A stretch of DNA of 64,000 bases from an uncultured Candidatus Saccharibacteria bacterium (lineage in GTDB: Bacteria; Patescibacteriota; Dojkabacteria; J137), in the NCBI GenBank assembly GCA_964414295.1, contig CAYPVU010000010.1:6937-70936 (forward strand). The letters are read 5' to 3'. The first letter of the stretch is position 1; each line of letters opens with the position of its first letter. A program made the position numbers and the translations under genes. The notes under the pieces are model-generated. The model was not told where the DNA came from, made no database searches, and saw only the letters and a list, made by a program, of their open reading frames with translations. Of this stretch, positions 28,410 through 39,116 are shown piece after piece.

Positions 28410-28977
28410 ATGAATTTAAGTAATTCTTATAATCTTTATCCTTTTTCATCATTTGCTCTAAAGCATTTCTTACAATTTGAGCTTTATGCATTCTTTTTGT
28501 TGTTGATGACCAGTCTAAGTATCTATCTATTTCTGGAGAAATAATTAGAATGAACTTAGAATCTAATCTTTTTGCTGCTTCTTTTACAGACTCTTCGATT
28601 ATAGTTGTGATATTACCTTTGTGATACTTGTTGTGCATTAAGCTTTTTGATTTATTTCCATGCACAATAGGATTCACTTTATCGTTTGATTCTTCATTTT
28701 CTAATGCAATTACAAACTTTTTTTCATTAAAAGCTTTTGCAATTTCATATCCTACTTTACTATCAGACTTAGATACTTCAGCTATAACAATATCAGTATC
28801 TTTTAAAGATTTATCTGAATGAGAAAAAAGTTTTTCTGCATGTTCAACTGTTTTAGCATGATGTCCAGTAGTATCTACAACATTATGCCCTAATTTTTTA
28901 AGGTGGGAAACACCTTCCATAAACGCCTTCATGTCTTTTTCATCAAAGTTCAAAGGCAATGATATATATATTTTCAT
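28408..28977 (-). CDS. Hypothetical protein with Rossmann-like N-domain and C-terminal ribbon-helix-helix-like segment
   Basis: C-terminal FILIISPEIDRYLDWSSTTKRMHKAQIVRNALEQ resembles a CopG/RHH beta-alpha-alpha unit; the N-terminal 100 aa has an alpha/beta pattern. Confidence 0.3.
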   Translation of the reverse strand: MKIYISLPLNFDEKDMKAFMEGVSHLKKLGHNVVDTTGHHAKTVEHAEKLFSHSDKSLKDTDIVIAEVSKSDSKVGYEIAKAFNEKKFVIALENEESNDKVNPIVHGNKSKSLMHNKYHKGNITTIIEESVKEAAKRLDSKFILIISPEIDRYLDWSSTTKRMHKAQIVRNALEQMMKKDKDYKNYLNS

Positions 28978-29126
28978 TCAATCTAACCTTAAAATTTATA
29001 TATAGGAATTATATCACGCGACTGTTACAATTGTAAACTTTTTCCTTATAAATAAACCCTCCTAGAGTTCTATTTAAATCATAAGTTTTCTGATATATTA
29101 TTATAGGTTTGTTCAATTTTCATTAA

Positions 29127-30350
29127 ATGTTTGGAAACAATAGAAATAAAAAAACAGTTAGTCGTAGCTCTAATTATCATCTGGCTGTAGATATTGGTAC
29201 TGAATTTGTTAAATCTGCAGTTTTTAAAGTAGAGGATGAAGAAGTTGTTATTTTAGGCTATAGTCGTATAAAGCAAAAAGAATCCTCAATGTATGCAGCT
29301 TTTATAATTAATCTACAGGCAGTAATAGAGGCCTGTGATAAAGGCATTGGTGAGGCTGTTGCGCAAGCAATGCAAAAAGAGGGAGAAGATTTTGTAATCC
29401 CTTCTGATGTAATTATAGGTATTGCAGGAGAATTGGTGCACGGAGTAACTATAATGGTAAATGTAGAAAGAGATAATCCTTCCTCCAAAATTACACAAAG
29501 AGAAGTTGATAAATTTGTAGAAAAAGTTAAAAAATACACTTTCTCCAGTACAGTTGAAGAAATTTCGAGAGAAATGGGACTTAAGGCAAGTCAGGTAATT
29601 GAGGTTAATACTGCAATAAACAGTGTCTACATAGATGGAATAAAAGTTTCTAATCCTTTAGGATACACAGGTAATGAACTTATATATAAGGTATTTTCTA
29701 CCTTTGCACCAAAAATTCATTTGGATTCAATTAATCAAGTAACAAATGCTTTAAATCTAAAGCTTAGTAAAATAGTTGTAGAGCCTTATGCGTTAGCAGT
29801 AGGGCTTCAAAATATGAGAGATCCAAATGCCAATGCAATTATTATTGATGTAGGTGGTGGAACAACCGATGTTGCTTTAGTAAGTAATGGAGATATTGTA
29901 GGTACAAAAATGTTTGCAATTGGAGGAAAAGTTTTTACTAAAAGAGTTCAAAGAGAGTTAGGGGTAAGTTACGAAGAAGCAGAAAAGATTAAAATTGATT
30001 ATTCAAATGGAGCTGTAGATAAAGATACGGATCAAAAGTTAACTAAGGCCTTTGAAATGGATATTTCTACTTGGTTAACAGGGGTAGAGATTGCACTGGA
30101 AGGTTTTCAGGATGTAGAAGAATTCCCTTCTCAGATATATATTTGTGGAGGAGGAGCCTTGCTGCCAGAGATTCAAGAAGGTTTATTAACATATCCATGG
30201 TTACAGACTTTGAATTTTAAAAAGTTCCCAAAGGTCAGCTTTATCTTTCCAAATGCATTAAATGGTGTTTTGGATAGAACAAAAAGCGCTACATTACCAA
30301 TGGATGTAACGCCTTTAGCATTAGCAAGAATGTATTTAGATAATTTGTAA
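29127..30350 (+). CDS. Actin-like ATPase of the FtsA/PilM family (paralogue distinct from ftsA at the window start)
   Basis: Phosphate-1 (HLAVDIGTEFVK), phosphate-2/adenosine (IIIDVGGGTTDVALV; YICGGGALLP) motifs and a FAIGGKVFTKRVQRELGVSYEEAEKIKIDY connect region; 407 aa. Confidence 0.65.
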   Translation: MFGNNRNKKTVSRSSNYHLAVDIGTEFVKSAVFKVEDEEVVILGYSRIKQKESSMYAAFIINLQAVIEACDKGIGEAVAQAMQKEGEDFVIPSDVIIGIAGELVHGVTIMVNVERDNPSSKITQREVDKFVEKVKKYTFSSTVEEISREMGLKASQVIEVNTAINSVYIDGIKVSNPLGYTGNELIYKVFSTFAPKIHLDSINQVTNALNLKLSKIVVEPYALAVGLQNMRDPNANAIIIDVGGGTTDVALVSNGDIVGTKMFAIGGKVFTKRVQRELGVSYEEAEKIKIDYSNGAVDKDTDQKLTKAFEMDISTWLTGVEIALEGFQDVEEFPSQIYICGGGALLPEIQEGLLTYPWLQTLNFKKFPKVSFIFPNALNGVLDRTKSATLPMDVTPLALARMYLDNL

Positions 30351-30366
30351 TTTTTATTTAGAAAAA

Positions 30367-32475
30367 GTGTCTATATCATCATCAGAAAAAATTTTTATAG
30401 ACCCAAGGGAAGAGATTACCTTTATAGTTGAGCGTTTATTAAAAGCCGAAAAAGATCGTATTATTTTGGTTGTCCCTCAGAATTCTTTGTTATTAAGTAG
30501 TTTAGTAAGTATAGATATTTTATTTAGAAAGTTAGTAAGAACTAAAAAGTTAGCAGTTATTGTTACTGAGGATGAATACGGTAAAGCTATTTCTTCTAAA
30601 GCTGGCTTTGTAGTTGTAGATAAGGTTAGTCAGATTACGAATGATCAATGGAACTTGGCAAATAATAAAAAGATGACTATTAAAGAGGTCCTTGATGAAA
30701 GAAAAGAAGCACTTTTAGCAAATATTAGTGGGGAGCATAAGTCAGTTGTAGACTTACCAGAACTCCCAGATGTAGAAGCAGAGGAGTTTGTGGTATCAGC
30801 AAATGAATTAAATGAGAGTGTAGAGGAGGATAATAAGACTTTTGAGGCAGTTCTTGAAGAACAAAATCTAGAAGATGGAGTGACTGAAGACATAATGGAA
30901 GATGAATATATTGAAGAACCTATTGTAGAAGAAAAAAGCATTGAAGAAAAAGAATTGGAATCATCTTTAAAGAAATATGCCAAACCTAGAAGAGAAGCTA
31001 AAGAAATTGATTTAGATGGTATAAAGCTTATCTCTGGAGGTGATGTAAAGTCTTTCATTGATTCTTTAGATAGTGTTAAAATGGCAAGTAATAATTCATT
31101 TACTCAAATGTCAGACGAAAAAAGCTTTGAACGAAAAATTAAAAAGGTTGGTTCATCTTCTTTTACAGGAAAAGATTTTACTAAACAAATAACTGAAAAA
31201 GGCGGAATTGGAGCTTTCTTTTCCAAATTCAGTCTAAAAAGAAGAAATCCTGATTTTAGAGACGAAAATGACTTCGTAAAAAAAAAGAATAGAAAAAGAA
31301 TTCTTTTAATTACATTTCTTATATTTCTATCGCTATTTGCAGGTAGCGGGTATATACTTGCATTCCAAGTATCTTCTGTAGATATTAATTTAAAATTAAG
31401 AGCACAGGATGTAAGTACTTCAGCTACTATACTAGTTAGTACAAAGGTAACAGAAATGAGCTTGGAATCTCCAATTACTATTCCTGCTAAAGAGTATTCA
31501 ATCTTACCAGAGAATTTAAGTATTTCTAAAACAGGTACCGCTGATGGAAGTGCTAAAAGAGGTGTTAAGTCTAAAGGTGTTGTTACTATTTATAACTTAC
31601 AAACCGAAAGTGTAGACTTGCCTGCAGGAGCCAAATTTAAAAATCTAACTAATAATTTAACTTATTTATTAGTTTCTGCTGTTACATTAGAGCCTGCTAC
31701 AGTAGCTGCAAATATTAAGACCCCAAGTTCTAAAGATAGTATTGCATTAGAAGCAGAAGCATTTGGTCCTCAATACAATATTGAAGTAGATGAAAAAACA
31801 AGATTTAGTATTGAAAACTACAGCACAGAAGAAGAGGTAAGTGCTACAGCATTTCAATCATTTACAGGGGGAACAGAAGAATCATTTACATCTGTTTCTC
31901 AAGAGAATTACGACAAGTTAAAAGATACTATAGTACCTGATTTAAAAAAGCAGGGGTTAGAAAGATTAAAAAGCTTAACAGAAAATGGTTACCAATTAAT
32001 TGAAGGTACAGTTGTTTACGATGAATCTAAGCAGCCAGAAGCTTTCCCTAAAGTTGGAGAAGAGGCTAAAGATAAAACATTTAATTTAACAGTACAAATA
32101 GGAATTAAAGGATTTGCAGTTAGGACTCAGGATTTAATAGAGGCTGTAAGTACAGTACTTAAAAATAATACCCAAAATAATGGTTCTGGAGATTTACAAA
32201 TAGATGATATTGCTGATCCGCAAATTGATAAAGTAGAAAAAAATGGAGATGATTATGTTTTAACAGTTTCTTCTAAAGGATCAGTTAAAACCCAAATAAC
32301 ACAAGAGCAGATGAAAAAAGATATTGCAGGTTTATCTATAAAGCAGGCCGAGGATTATTTTAGACTAATTGATTATATTGAAAGCTATAACTTAAGCTTT
32401 AATCCTGGTATTGTTCCAGAAGGTCTGCAGAGAGTGCCTTCGGATACTGCAAGAATTAACATTAGGACAAGATAA
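30367..32475 (+). CDS. Bitopic membrane protein (310-aa cytoplasmic N-region, one TM, about 370-aa extracytoplasmic domain), partner of the upstream actin-like ATPase
   Basis: Acidic low-complexity linker, TM RILLITFLIFLSLFAGSGYILAF, and a Ser/Thr-rich extracytoplasmic region; 17-nt gap to the upstream gene. Confidence 0.45.
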   Translation: MSISSSEKIFIDPREEITFIVERLLKAEKDRIILVVPQNSLLLSSLVSIDILFRKLVRTKKLAVIVTEDEYGKAISSKAGFVVVDKVSQITNDQWNLANNKKMTIKEVLDERKEALLANISGEHKSVVDLPELPDVEAEEFVVSANELNESVEEDNKTFEAVLEEQNLEDGVTEDIMEDEYIEEPIVEEKSIEEKELESSLKKYAKPRREAKEIDLDGIKLISGGDVKSFIDSLDSVKMASNNSFTQMSDEKSFERKIKKVGSSSFTGKDFTKQITEKGGIGAFFSKFSLKRRNPDFRDENDFVKKKNRKRILLITFLIFLSLFAGSGYILAFQVSSVDINLKLRAQDVSTSATILVSTKVTEMSLESPITIPAKEYSILPENLSISKTGTADGSAKRGVKSKGVVTIYNLQTESVDLPAGAKFKNLTNNLTYLLVSAVTLEPATVAANIKTPSSKDSIALEAEAFGPQYNIEVDEKTRFSIENYSTEEEVSATAFQSFTGGTEESFTSVSQENYDKLKDTIVPDLKKQGLERLKSLTENGYQLIEGTVVYDESKQPEAFPKVGEEAKDKTFNLTVQIGIKGFAVRTQDLIEAVSTVLKNNTQNNGSGDLQIDDIADPQIDKVEKNGDDYVLTVSSKGSVKTQITQEQMKKDIAGLSIKQAEDYFRLIDYIESYNLSFNPGIVPEGLQRVPSDTARINIRTR

Positions 32476-32546
32476 GCAGATAGGTTAAGCCTTTTGACCT
32501 TTCCCCCGTTGACAGTCAGAATAAATTTGATATTATTATTAGGTAC

Positions 32547-32561
32547 TGGCACTAGGTGCCA
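32547..32561 (+). promoter_or_regulatory. Palindrome TGGCAC-TAG-GTGCCA between a sigma70-like promoter and groES (candidate heat-shock operator; not a canonical CIRCE)
   Basis: Perfect 6+3+6 inverted repeat about 30 nt upstream of the groES ATG. TTGACA (32509-32514, one of two nearby TTGAC motifs) and TATTAT are upstream. No TTAGCACTC-N9-GAGTGCTAA seen. Confidence 0.3.
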
Positions 32562-32591
32562 AACTTAAAATTAATTTATTATCTTTTACTT

Positions 32592-32897
32592 ATGTCTAAG
32601 ATTAATGTAAAGCCAATAGGCGAGTATATCTTAGTAGAGCCTCAAGAAGAGGAAGAAAAGACAGCTTCCGGTTTATTAATTCAATCATCTTCAAAAGGAG
32701 AAAGACCTCAAAGAGGTAAAATTGCTGCTTTAGGTACAGGTAAAAGAGACGAGAGCGGTAAACTTATTGAATTCAGTGTAGAAGTAGGACAAGACGTCTT
32801 ATTTAAAAAATATGCTCCTGAAGATATTGAAATAGAAGGAAAATCCTATCTATTAATGAAAGAATCCGATATTTTAGCAGTATTAATTAATCAATAA
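32592..32897 (+). CDS. groES: Co-chaperonin GroES
   Basis: Start set at the internal Met (MSKINVKPIGEYILVEP), giving about 101 aa; mobile loop and roof hairpin are present. Confidence 0.9.
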   Translation: MSKINVKPIGEYILVEPQEEEEKTASGLLIQSSSKGERPQRGKIAALGTGKRDESGKLIEFSVEVGQDVLFKKYAPEDIEIEGKSYLLMKESDILAVLINQ

Positions 32898-32909
32898 TTT
32901 TTAAATTAA

Positions 32910-34538
<1,629 letters not shown>

Positions 34539-34548
34539 TAAAGCGATT

Positions 34549-34577
34549 CTAAGCCCGCCTTCGGCGGGCTTTTTTTA
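34549..34577 (+). terminator. Rho-independent terminator after groEL
   Basis: aagcccgcc-ttcg-ggcgggctt followed by a T7 run. Confidence 0.7.
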
Positions 34578-34637
34578 TCCCTCTTAATTTAAAAAGCTTA
34601 ATCAGCTATACTATAAAAAGTATCTAATAAAATAATT

Positions 34638-34964
34638 ATGGGTAATTTATTGTTTGTCTTTTACTGGTGGTATTTTGTACTAGTTAAAGATTTTTGGCAA
34701 AACTATGTAATAGGAAGATTAGTTTATAATCTTAATCTTACAAATACTTTGCCTATGGCTAAGCATATAACTGATCCTTTGTTTCAAGATGATTCAGGAT
34801 TAGGAAAGTCCTTTAGCTTTGTAATAAGATTCATTTGGATAGGCATAGGCTCTTTTATGAGTGTAATTGTTACAATCCCATTTTTATTATTTGGATTATT
34901 TTTATTAATAGTTCCTTTTTTACCAATAATTCAATTTATTAGGTATATTTCGTTTTTAGTATGA
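34638..34964 (+). CDS. Small hydrophobic membrane protein, translationally coupled to the Clp ATPase gene
   Basis: Three to four TM helices; ATGA overlap with the downstream gene. Confidence 0.35.
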   Translation: MGNLLFVFYWWYFVLVKDFWQNYVIGRLVYNLNLTNTLPMAKHITDPLFQDDSGLGKSFSFVIRFIWIGIGSFMSVIVTIPFLLFGLFLLIVPFLPIIQFIRYISFLV

Positions 34965-37540
34965 ATGGAAAAGTCATATTAGCTAAATATAAAAGTGCAC
35001 AGATTACAGTTGATTTTTCTTCACTATCTTTCTTTAAAGGTGATAAATTCTCAATTTATAAACTAGAATTAAATGCTGCTAAATTACTGAATATATTTAC
35101 AGCAATAATTGTATTCGTGCCGTTATTAATACTTATTATGAATGCTGAGTTTTCTATCGGCTCACTTATTAATCCTTCAAACTTATTAGAATATATTCCT
35201 TATTTAGGCATTTACACATTTATATTTGCTAGATTTTTAGGAAGAGATAGAGATAAGTTTGATCATATAATTAAAAATTATAATTTGTTAAAAGTAAGTA
35301 AGGAATTAGAACAAGGTAAATCACTTTCGATAGAAATTACTGAATACATGGATTTCGAAACTCTTTGTTTATTGGATTCTGTACTGGAGGATAAAGATCA
35401 TCCGTTTATTGTAAACATTTGCAGGTTGCTAATAAAGAATAAAGAAATAGAGTACTTTTTAACTAATCGTATAGGCGTAAATTCAGACAGATTTATAGAG
35501 TTATTAAGTAAGAATGCTAATAATCCAAACTTTACATTAAGTAATTCTTATAGAACTTTCTTTTTATATTTGTTTGATGAAGCAATAAAACTGGAATCAA
35601 ACAGAATAAATAAATATGTTCTATTTTTTGTATTAAATAAATACTTTCTAAGAAGTCTTTACTTTGAATTAGGAGTAGGGGAGCTTGAACTAGAAGGCTT
35701 AAGAGTATGGTTTAAAAACGAAACGAAACAAAAGGAATATTATATTAAATGGGAAAAACTTTCAAAATTAAAACCTAAGGGTGATGTAAATAGAGCCTAT
35801 ACATCTAGGGTTACCCCTGTATTAGATGAATATGCTGAAGATTTTACTAAGCAGGCTGCTTTGGGTTTTTTTATGCTATCTGTTGGTAAAGATCAAGAAA
35901 TGAATAAGGTTGTTGAAATTATGGAAAGAGGTAAATCAACTCCATGTTTAATTTTAGGGGAACCTGGTGTGGGTAAAACAAGATTTATAAGACATTTAGC
36001 AACAAGAATGGTGGTTGAGGATGTTCCATCGAGACTATACGATCATAGACTATTAATTGTGGATTTAAATAAGATTTTAACTCAAGTAGGAACAGTAGAT
36101 ATCTTTAAGCAGACTTTGCAAAGAATGTTCGAAGAAGTCCGTTACTCAGGAAATGTAGTTTTGGTTTTAGAAGAATTCAGTCAAATCCTAAATATTAGAG
36201 AAGAAGCAAAACTGGAAGTTGTTAACTTAATTGTAAATGCAGTAGACAGTTTAAATTTAAGAATAATTGCTACTTCTAATAATGCCAGTTATTCTAAATT
36301 TATTAAGCCTCTTAAAAATCTTGCTGCATTATTTGAAGTAGTTAATTTAAAAGAGCCTTCTTCTAATGTTGCATTACAGATTTTAATTGATGAAGTCCCG
36401 AGGGTAGAAAAAAAATATAAGGTTAGTGTAAGAGTTAATGCTTTAAAAAGAATTGTAGAGTTTGCACCAAAGTTTGACCAAGACAGAGTAATGCCAGATA
36501 AAGGCATTGATTTGCTGGAAGAAGCTTGTTTAGCAGCAAAAAATAGAGGATTATCTTTTTTAGATGTATCTACAGTTGATGAAGTCCTATCAGAAAAAGT
36601 AGGGGTAAAAGTAGGTAATTTATCGGAGGCAGAAAGTCAAACTTTAATGTCTTTGGCTACTAAAATGCACGAAAGAGTAATCGGTCAAGATGAAGCTATT
36701 ACAGCCATAACTTCTGCAATAAAAAGATCAAGATCCGGTTTATCTGTAAGCAAAAGACCTATTGCATCCTTTCTTTTTTATGGACCTACTGGAGTGGGTA
36801 AAACAGAGGTGGCAAGAACTTTGGCAGATGTATATTACGGAAGTGAAAATCTTTTAATTAGACTTGATATGTCTGAATACCAAGAAGATCAGAATTTAAA
36901 CAGAATAATTGGATATACAGACGAGAAAGGTAACTTTATTGGTGGACATTTAACTGAATCTGTTAGGTCAAGACCATTCTCGCTTGTATTACTTGATGAG
37001 ATTGAAAAAGCTAATAAAAAAGTATTAGATTTATTCTTACAAGTTCTTGATGAAGGTACACTCACAGACGGTTTAGGCAGAAAGGTAGATTTTACAAATA
37101 CTGTAATTATTATGACATCTAATGTTGGTTCGGACTTAATTGCTAAAGAAATAGTTGAGGGTAAAAAGTACCATGACGTAGAAAAAGATGTTTCTCAAAA
37201 GTTAAGGGAGTATTACAGAATTGAATTTTTAAATAGATTTGATAAATTAATAATGTTTAGACCGCTAAATAGGATTGAAATTGAGCAAATAGTACTTTTA
37301 ATGTTAAAAAAAATAAATGATAATTTAATGCAGAAGGGTATAAGTTTTAGTTGGAACGAAAATACATTGATTGAATTGGCCAATATGGGTTATAGTCAGA
37401 TGTTCGGTGCCAGAGAGTTAAAAAGAGTAGTTCAAGAGAATATTGAGGATAAATTGGCGGATTTAATTATTCAAGGTAAGTTAAGAAGCGGTACAGAAGC
37501 AGTTTTTAATGGATTAACTGTTCAACAAGTGGTAAATTAG
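34961..37540 (+). CDS. Clp/Hsp100-family AAA+ ATPase (two nucleotide-binding domains) with a novel TM-containing N-terminal region
   Basis: D1 Walker A LILGEPGVGKTRF. D2 Walker A FLFYGPTGVGKTEVA, sensor/linker LMSLATKMHERVIGQDEAI and Walker B LVLLDEIEKA. Hydrophobic helix at residues about 42-62. No long ClpB M-domain and no obvious ClpP-docking IGF/LGF loop. Confidence 0.8.
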   Translation: MNGKVILAKYKSAQITVDFSSLSFFKGDKFSIYKLELNAAKLLNIFTAIIVFVPLLILIMNAEFSIGSLINPSNLLEYIPYLGIYTFIFARFLGRDRDKFDHIIKNYNLLKVSKELEQGKSLSIEITEYMDFETLCLLDSVLEDKDHPFIVNICRLLIKNKEIEYFLTNRIGVNSDRFIELLSKNANNPNFTLSNSYRTFFLYLFDEAIKLESNRINKYVLFFVLNKYFLRSLYFELGVGELELEGLRVWFKNETKQKEYYIKWEKLSKLKPKGDVNRAYTSRVTPVLDEYAEDFTKQAALGFFMLSVGKDQEMNKVVEIMERGKSTPCLILGEPGVGKTRFIRHLATRMVVEDVPSRLYDHRLLIVDLNKILTQVGTVDIFKQTLQRMFEEVRYSGNVVLVLEEFSQILNIREEAKLEVVNLIVNAVDSLNLRIIATSNNASYSKFIKPLKNLAALFEVVNLKEPSSNVALQILIDEVPRVEKKYKVSVRVNALKRIVEFAPKFDQDRVMPDKGIDLLEEACLAAKNRGLSFLDVSTVDEVLSEKVGVKVGNLSEAESQTLMSLATKMHERVIGQDEAITAITSAIKRSRSGLSVSKRPIASFLFYGPTGVGKTEVARTLADVYYGSENLLIRLDMSEYQEDQNLNRIIGYTDEKGNFIGGHLTESVRSRPFSLVLLDEIEKANKKVLDLFLQVLDEGTLTDGLGRKVDFTNTVIIMTSNVGSDLIAKEIVEGKKYHDVEKDVSQKLREYYRIEFLNRFDKLIMFRPLNRIEIEQIVLLMLKKINDNLMQKGISFSWNENTLIELANMGYSQMFGARELKRVVQENIEDKLADLIIQGKLRSGTEAVFNGLTVQQVVN

Positions 37541-37559
37541 TTTAAGTAATCAAATTTAT

Positions 37560-37943
37560 ATGAATAAAAAAAGAGCTTTAGTTTTAACTATTGTTGCATT
37601 ACAAAGTCTTTTTATTACTATGCCCTTATTGGCTCAGGGACTTACTAATGTAAATCAGAACTTTCAAATTCCTAACCCTACCAGATACGGAGACCTTGAA
37701 GATATTATAAATGCAGCTACTTCTTTAATTCGACCTGTATTTATAATAACTTTTGCTGCCATGGTTTTATATGGAGGATGGGTTAGATTAACATCTCAAG
37801 GTAATCCAGATAAAATTAAATCCAGCTCTCAAATTATAGTTGCTGCAATTGTTGGATTTGCAATCGCTGTATTTGCTCCTACAATAGTAGACTTTGCTGG
37901 TAGATTATTAGGGGTAAGCGGAGGTTTAATTGGCGAACGATAA
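37560..37943 (+). CDS. Pilin-like secreted two-helix protein, paralogue 1 (VirB2/TrbC-like architecture)
   Basis: Signal peptide ...PLLA|QG, hydrophobic helix, loop RLTSQGNPDKIK, second hydrophobic helix; 127 aa. Confidence 0.5.
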   Translation: MNKKRALVLTIVALQSLFITMPLLAQGLTNVNQNFQIPNPTRYGDLEDIINAATSLIRPVFIITFAAMVLYGGWVRLTSQGNPDKIKSSSQIIVAAIVGFAIAVFAPTIVDFAGRLLGVSGGLIGER

Positions 37944-37944
37944 T

Positions 37945-38547
37945 ATGAAGAAAGCTTTATTACTAACAATCATTTCTTTTTTAACAATAGGGATTGTTGT
38001 TAATGCACAGACGGGGAGTGGTCAATGCGATGCTCCTTATTATATTCCTTCTGCTTGTCCAGCTCCATATAGGCCGGGAATAAGCGGGGGTTATACTGCA
38101 GACTTAAATTGTCAATTAGAAAAATTTACAGATCCTCAAAGTAACTGTTGTCCAAATAAATGTGTAACTGCAGATGGTTCATCAAATGCTGGAGCGCAAA
38201 ATCCAGACTTATTTTGGGATATAGATGTTTTTGGTACCGTTATGAGAATTAATCCTGACAATACACCTGTTCTTATTAATATACTATTTACCACGGTTTT
38301 AGGCTTAGTATCTTTATATGCTATTGTTAGGGGGATCTATGTTACTGGTGTAAAAAGAACAATGGCTACTACTCCTGACGAAATTGCAGAAATAAATAAA
38401 GAACTTACAAACCTTATTATAGGTGCAGCTCTTTGTTGGGGGTTCATAATCTTAATACAAGTGGTTGCAAACTTCTTAGGTGTTGGTTCTTTAAGCAGTT
38501 TAGATTTTAGTAGCGGAGATTCCGGTACTGTTATTATTGTAAATTAA
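37945..38547 (+). CDS. Pilin-like secreted protein, paralogue 2 (Cys-rich variable region)
   Basis: Start set at MKKALLL, immediately after the upstream stop. Signal peptide ...VNA|QT; eight Cys in the variable segment; two hydrophobic helices. Confidence 0.45.
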   Translation: MKKALLLTIISFLTIGIVVNAQTGSGQCDAPYYIPSACPAPYRPGISGGYTADLNCQLEKFTDPQSNCCPNKCVTADGSSNAGAQNPDLFWDIDVFGTVMRINPDNTPVLINILFTTVLGLVSLYAIVRGIYVTGVKRTMATTPDEIAEINKELTNLIIGAALCWGFIILIQVVANFLGVGSLSSLDFSSGDSGTVIIVN

Positions 38548-39113
38548 TGAAAAAATTTATTATTGTATCTTTATTAATTTTGTTTCTTTCTCCAATTACA
38601 ATCTTTGCTCAAGATAGGTCAGGAGGGAGTGCAAATTCAACTACCTCTACACAAGATATTGATGATGAAATTGGGTTAAGAGAAATTAGAATTCCTATTT
38701 TTAGTAGTTTTATAGATTTTGATACTGAGAATGCAAGTATTTTTAGTTGGATATCGTTTATCGGATCTTTAGCTACAATTGGCTTAGTAGTTTTTTGGAT
38801 ATTTTTATTAGTTAAAGCAGGTGTAAAGGGAATGCAAAGCCAAGGAAATGCTGAGAACTTAACTGGGGCATTTAAGCAGGTGCAATCCGTATTGATTGGG
38901 GCCGCTGTAACGCTTTTCTTTCCATTTGTTTTGAGTTTAATAGGACTCTTTTTTGGTATAGGTACTATTTTTAGCTGGCCAAAGATGTTTCAATTATGCG
39001 ATAAGTCATCAAATCCAAATGGATTTGACTTTTATTTTCAATATTTAATCAGTATTGGATCAGAAGGCGATGAAGCTGCCGCTGAAAGCGCTTGTAATCC
39101 ACTAGGAACATAA
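38547..39113 (+). CDS. Pilin-like secreted protein, paralogue 3
   Basis: TAATG overlap. Signal peptide ...IFA|QD; helix, loop MQSQGNAENL, helix; C-terminal Cys pair. Confidence 0.45.
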   Translation: MKKFIIVSLLILFLSPITIFAQDRSGGSANSTTSTQDIDDEIGLREIRIPIFSSFIDFDTENASIFSWISFIGSLATIGLVVFWIFLLVKAGVKGMQSQGNAENLTGAFKQVQSVLIGAAVTLFFPFVLSLIGLFFGIGTIFSWPKMFQLCDKSSNPNGFDFYFQYLISIGSEGDEAAAESACNPLGT

Positions 39114-39116
39114 TTT

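Noticed and set aside
32556-32591. N-terminal 12-codon extension of groES (MPNLKLIYYLLL)
   Set aside because: GroES homology begins at MSKINVKP; the extension would add a non-conserved hydrophobic leader.
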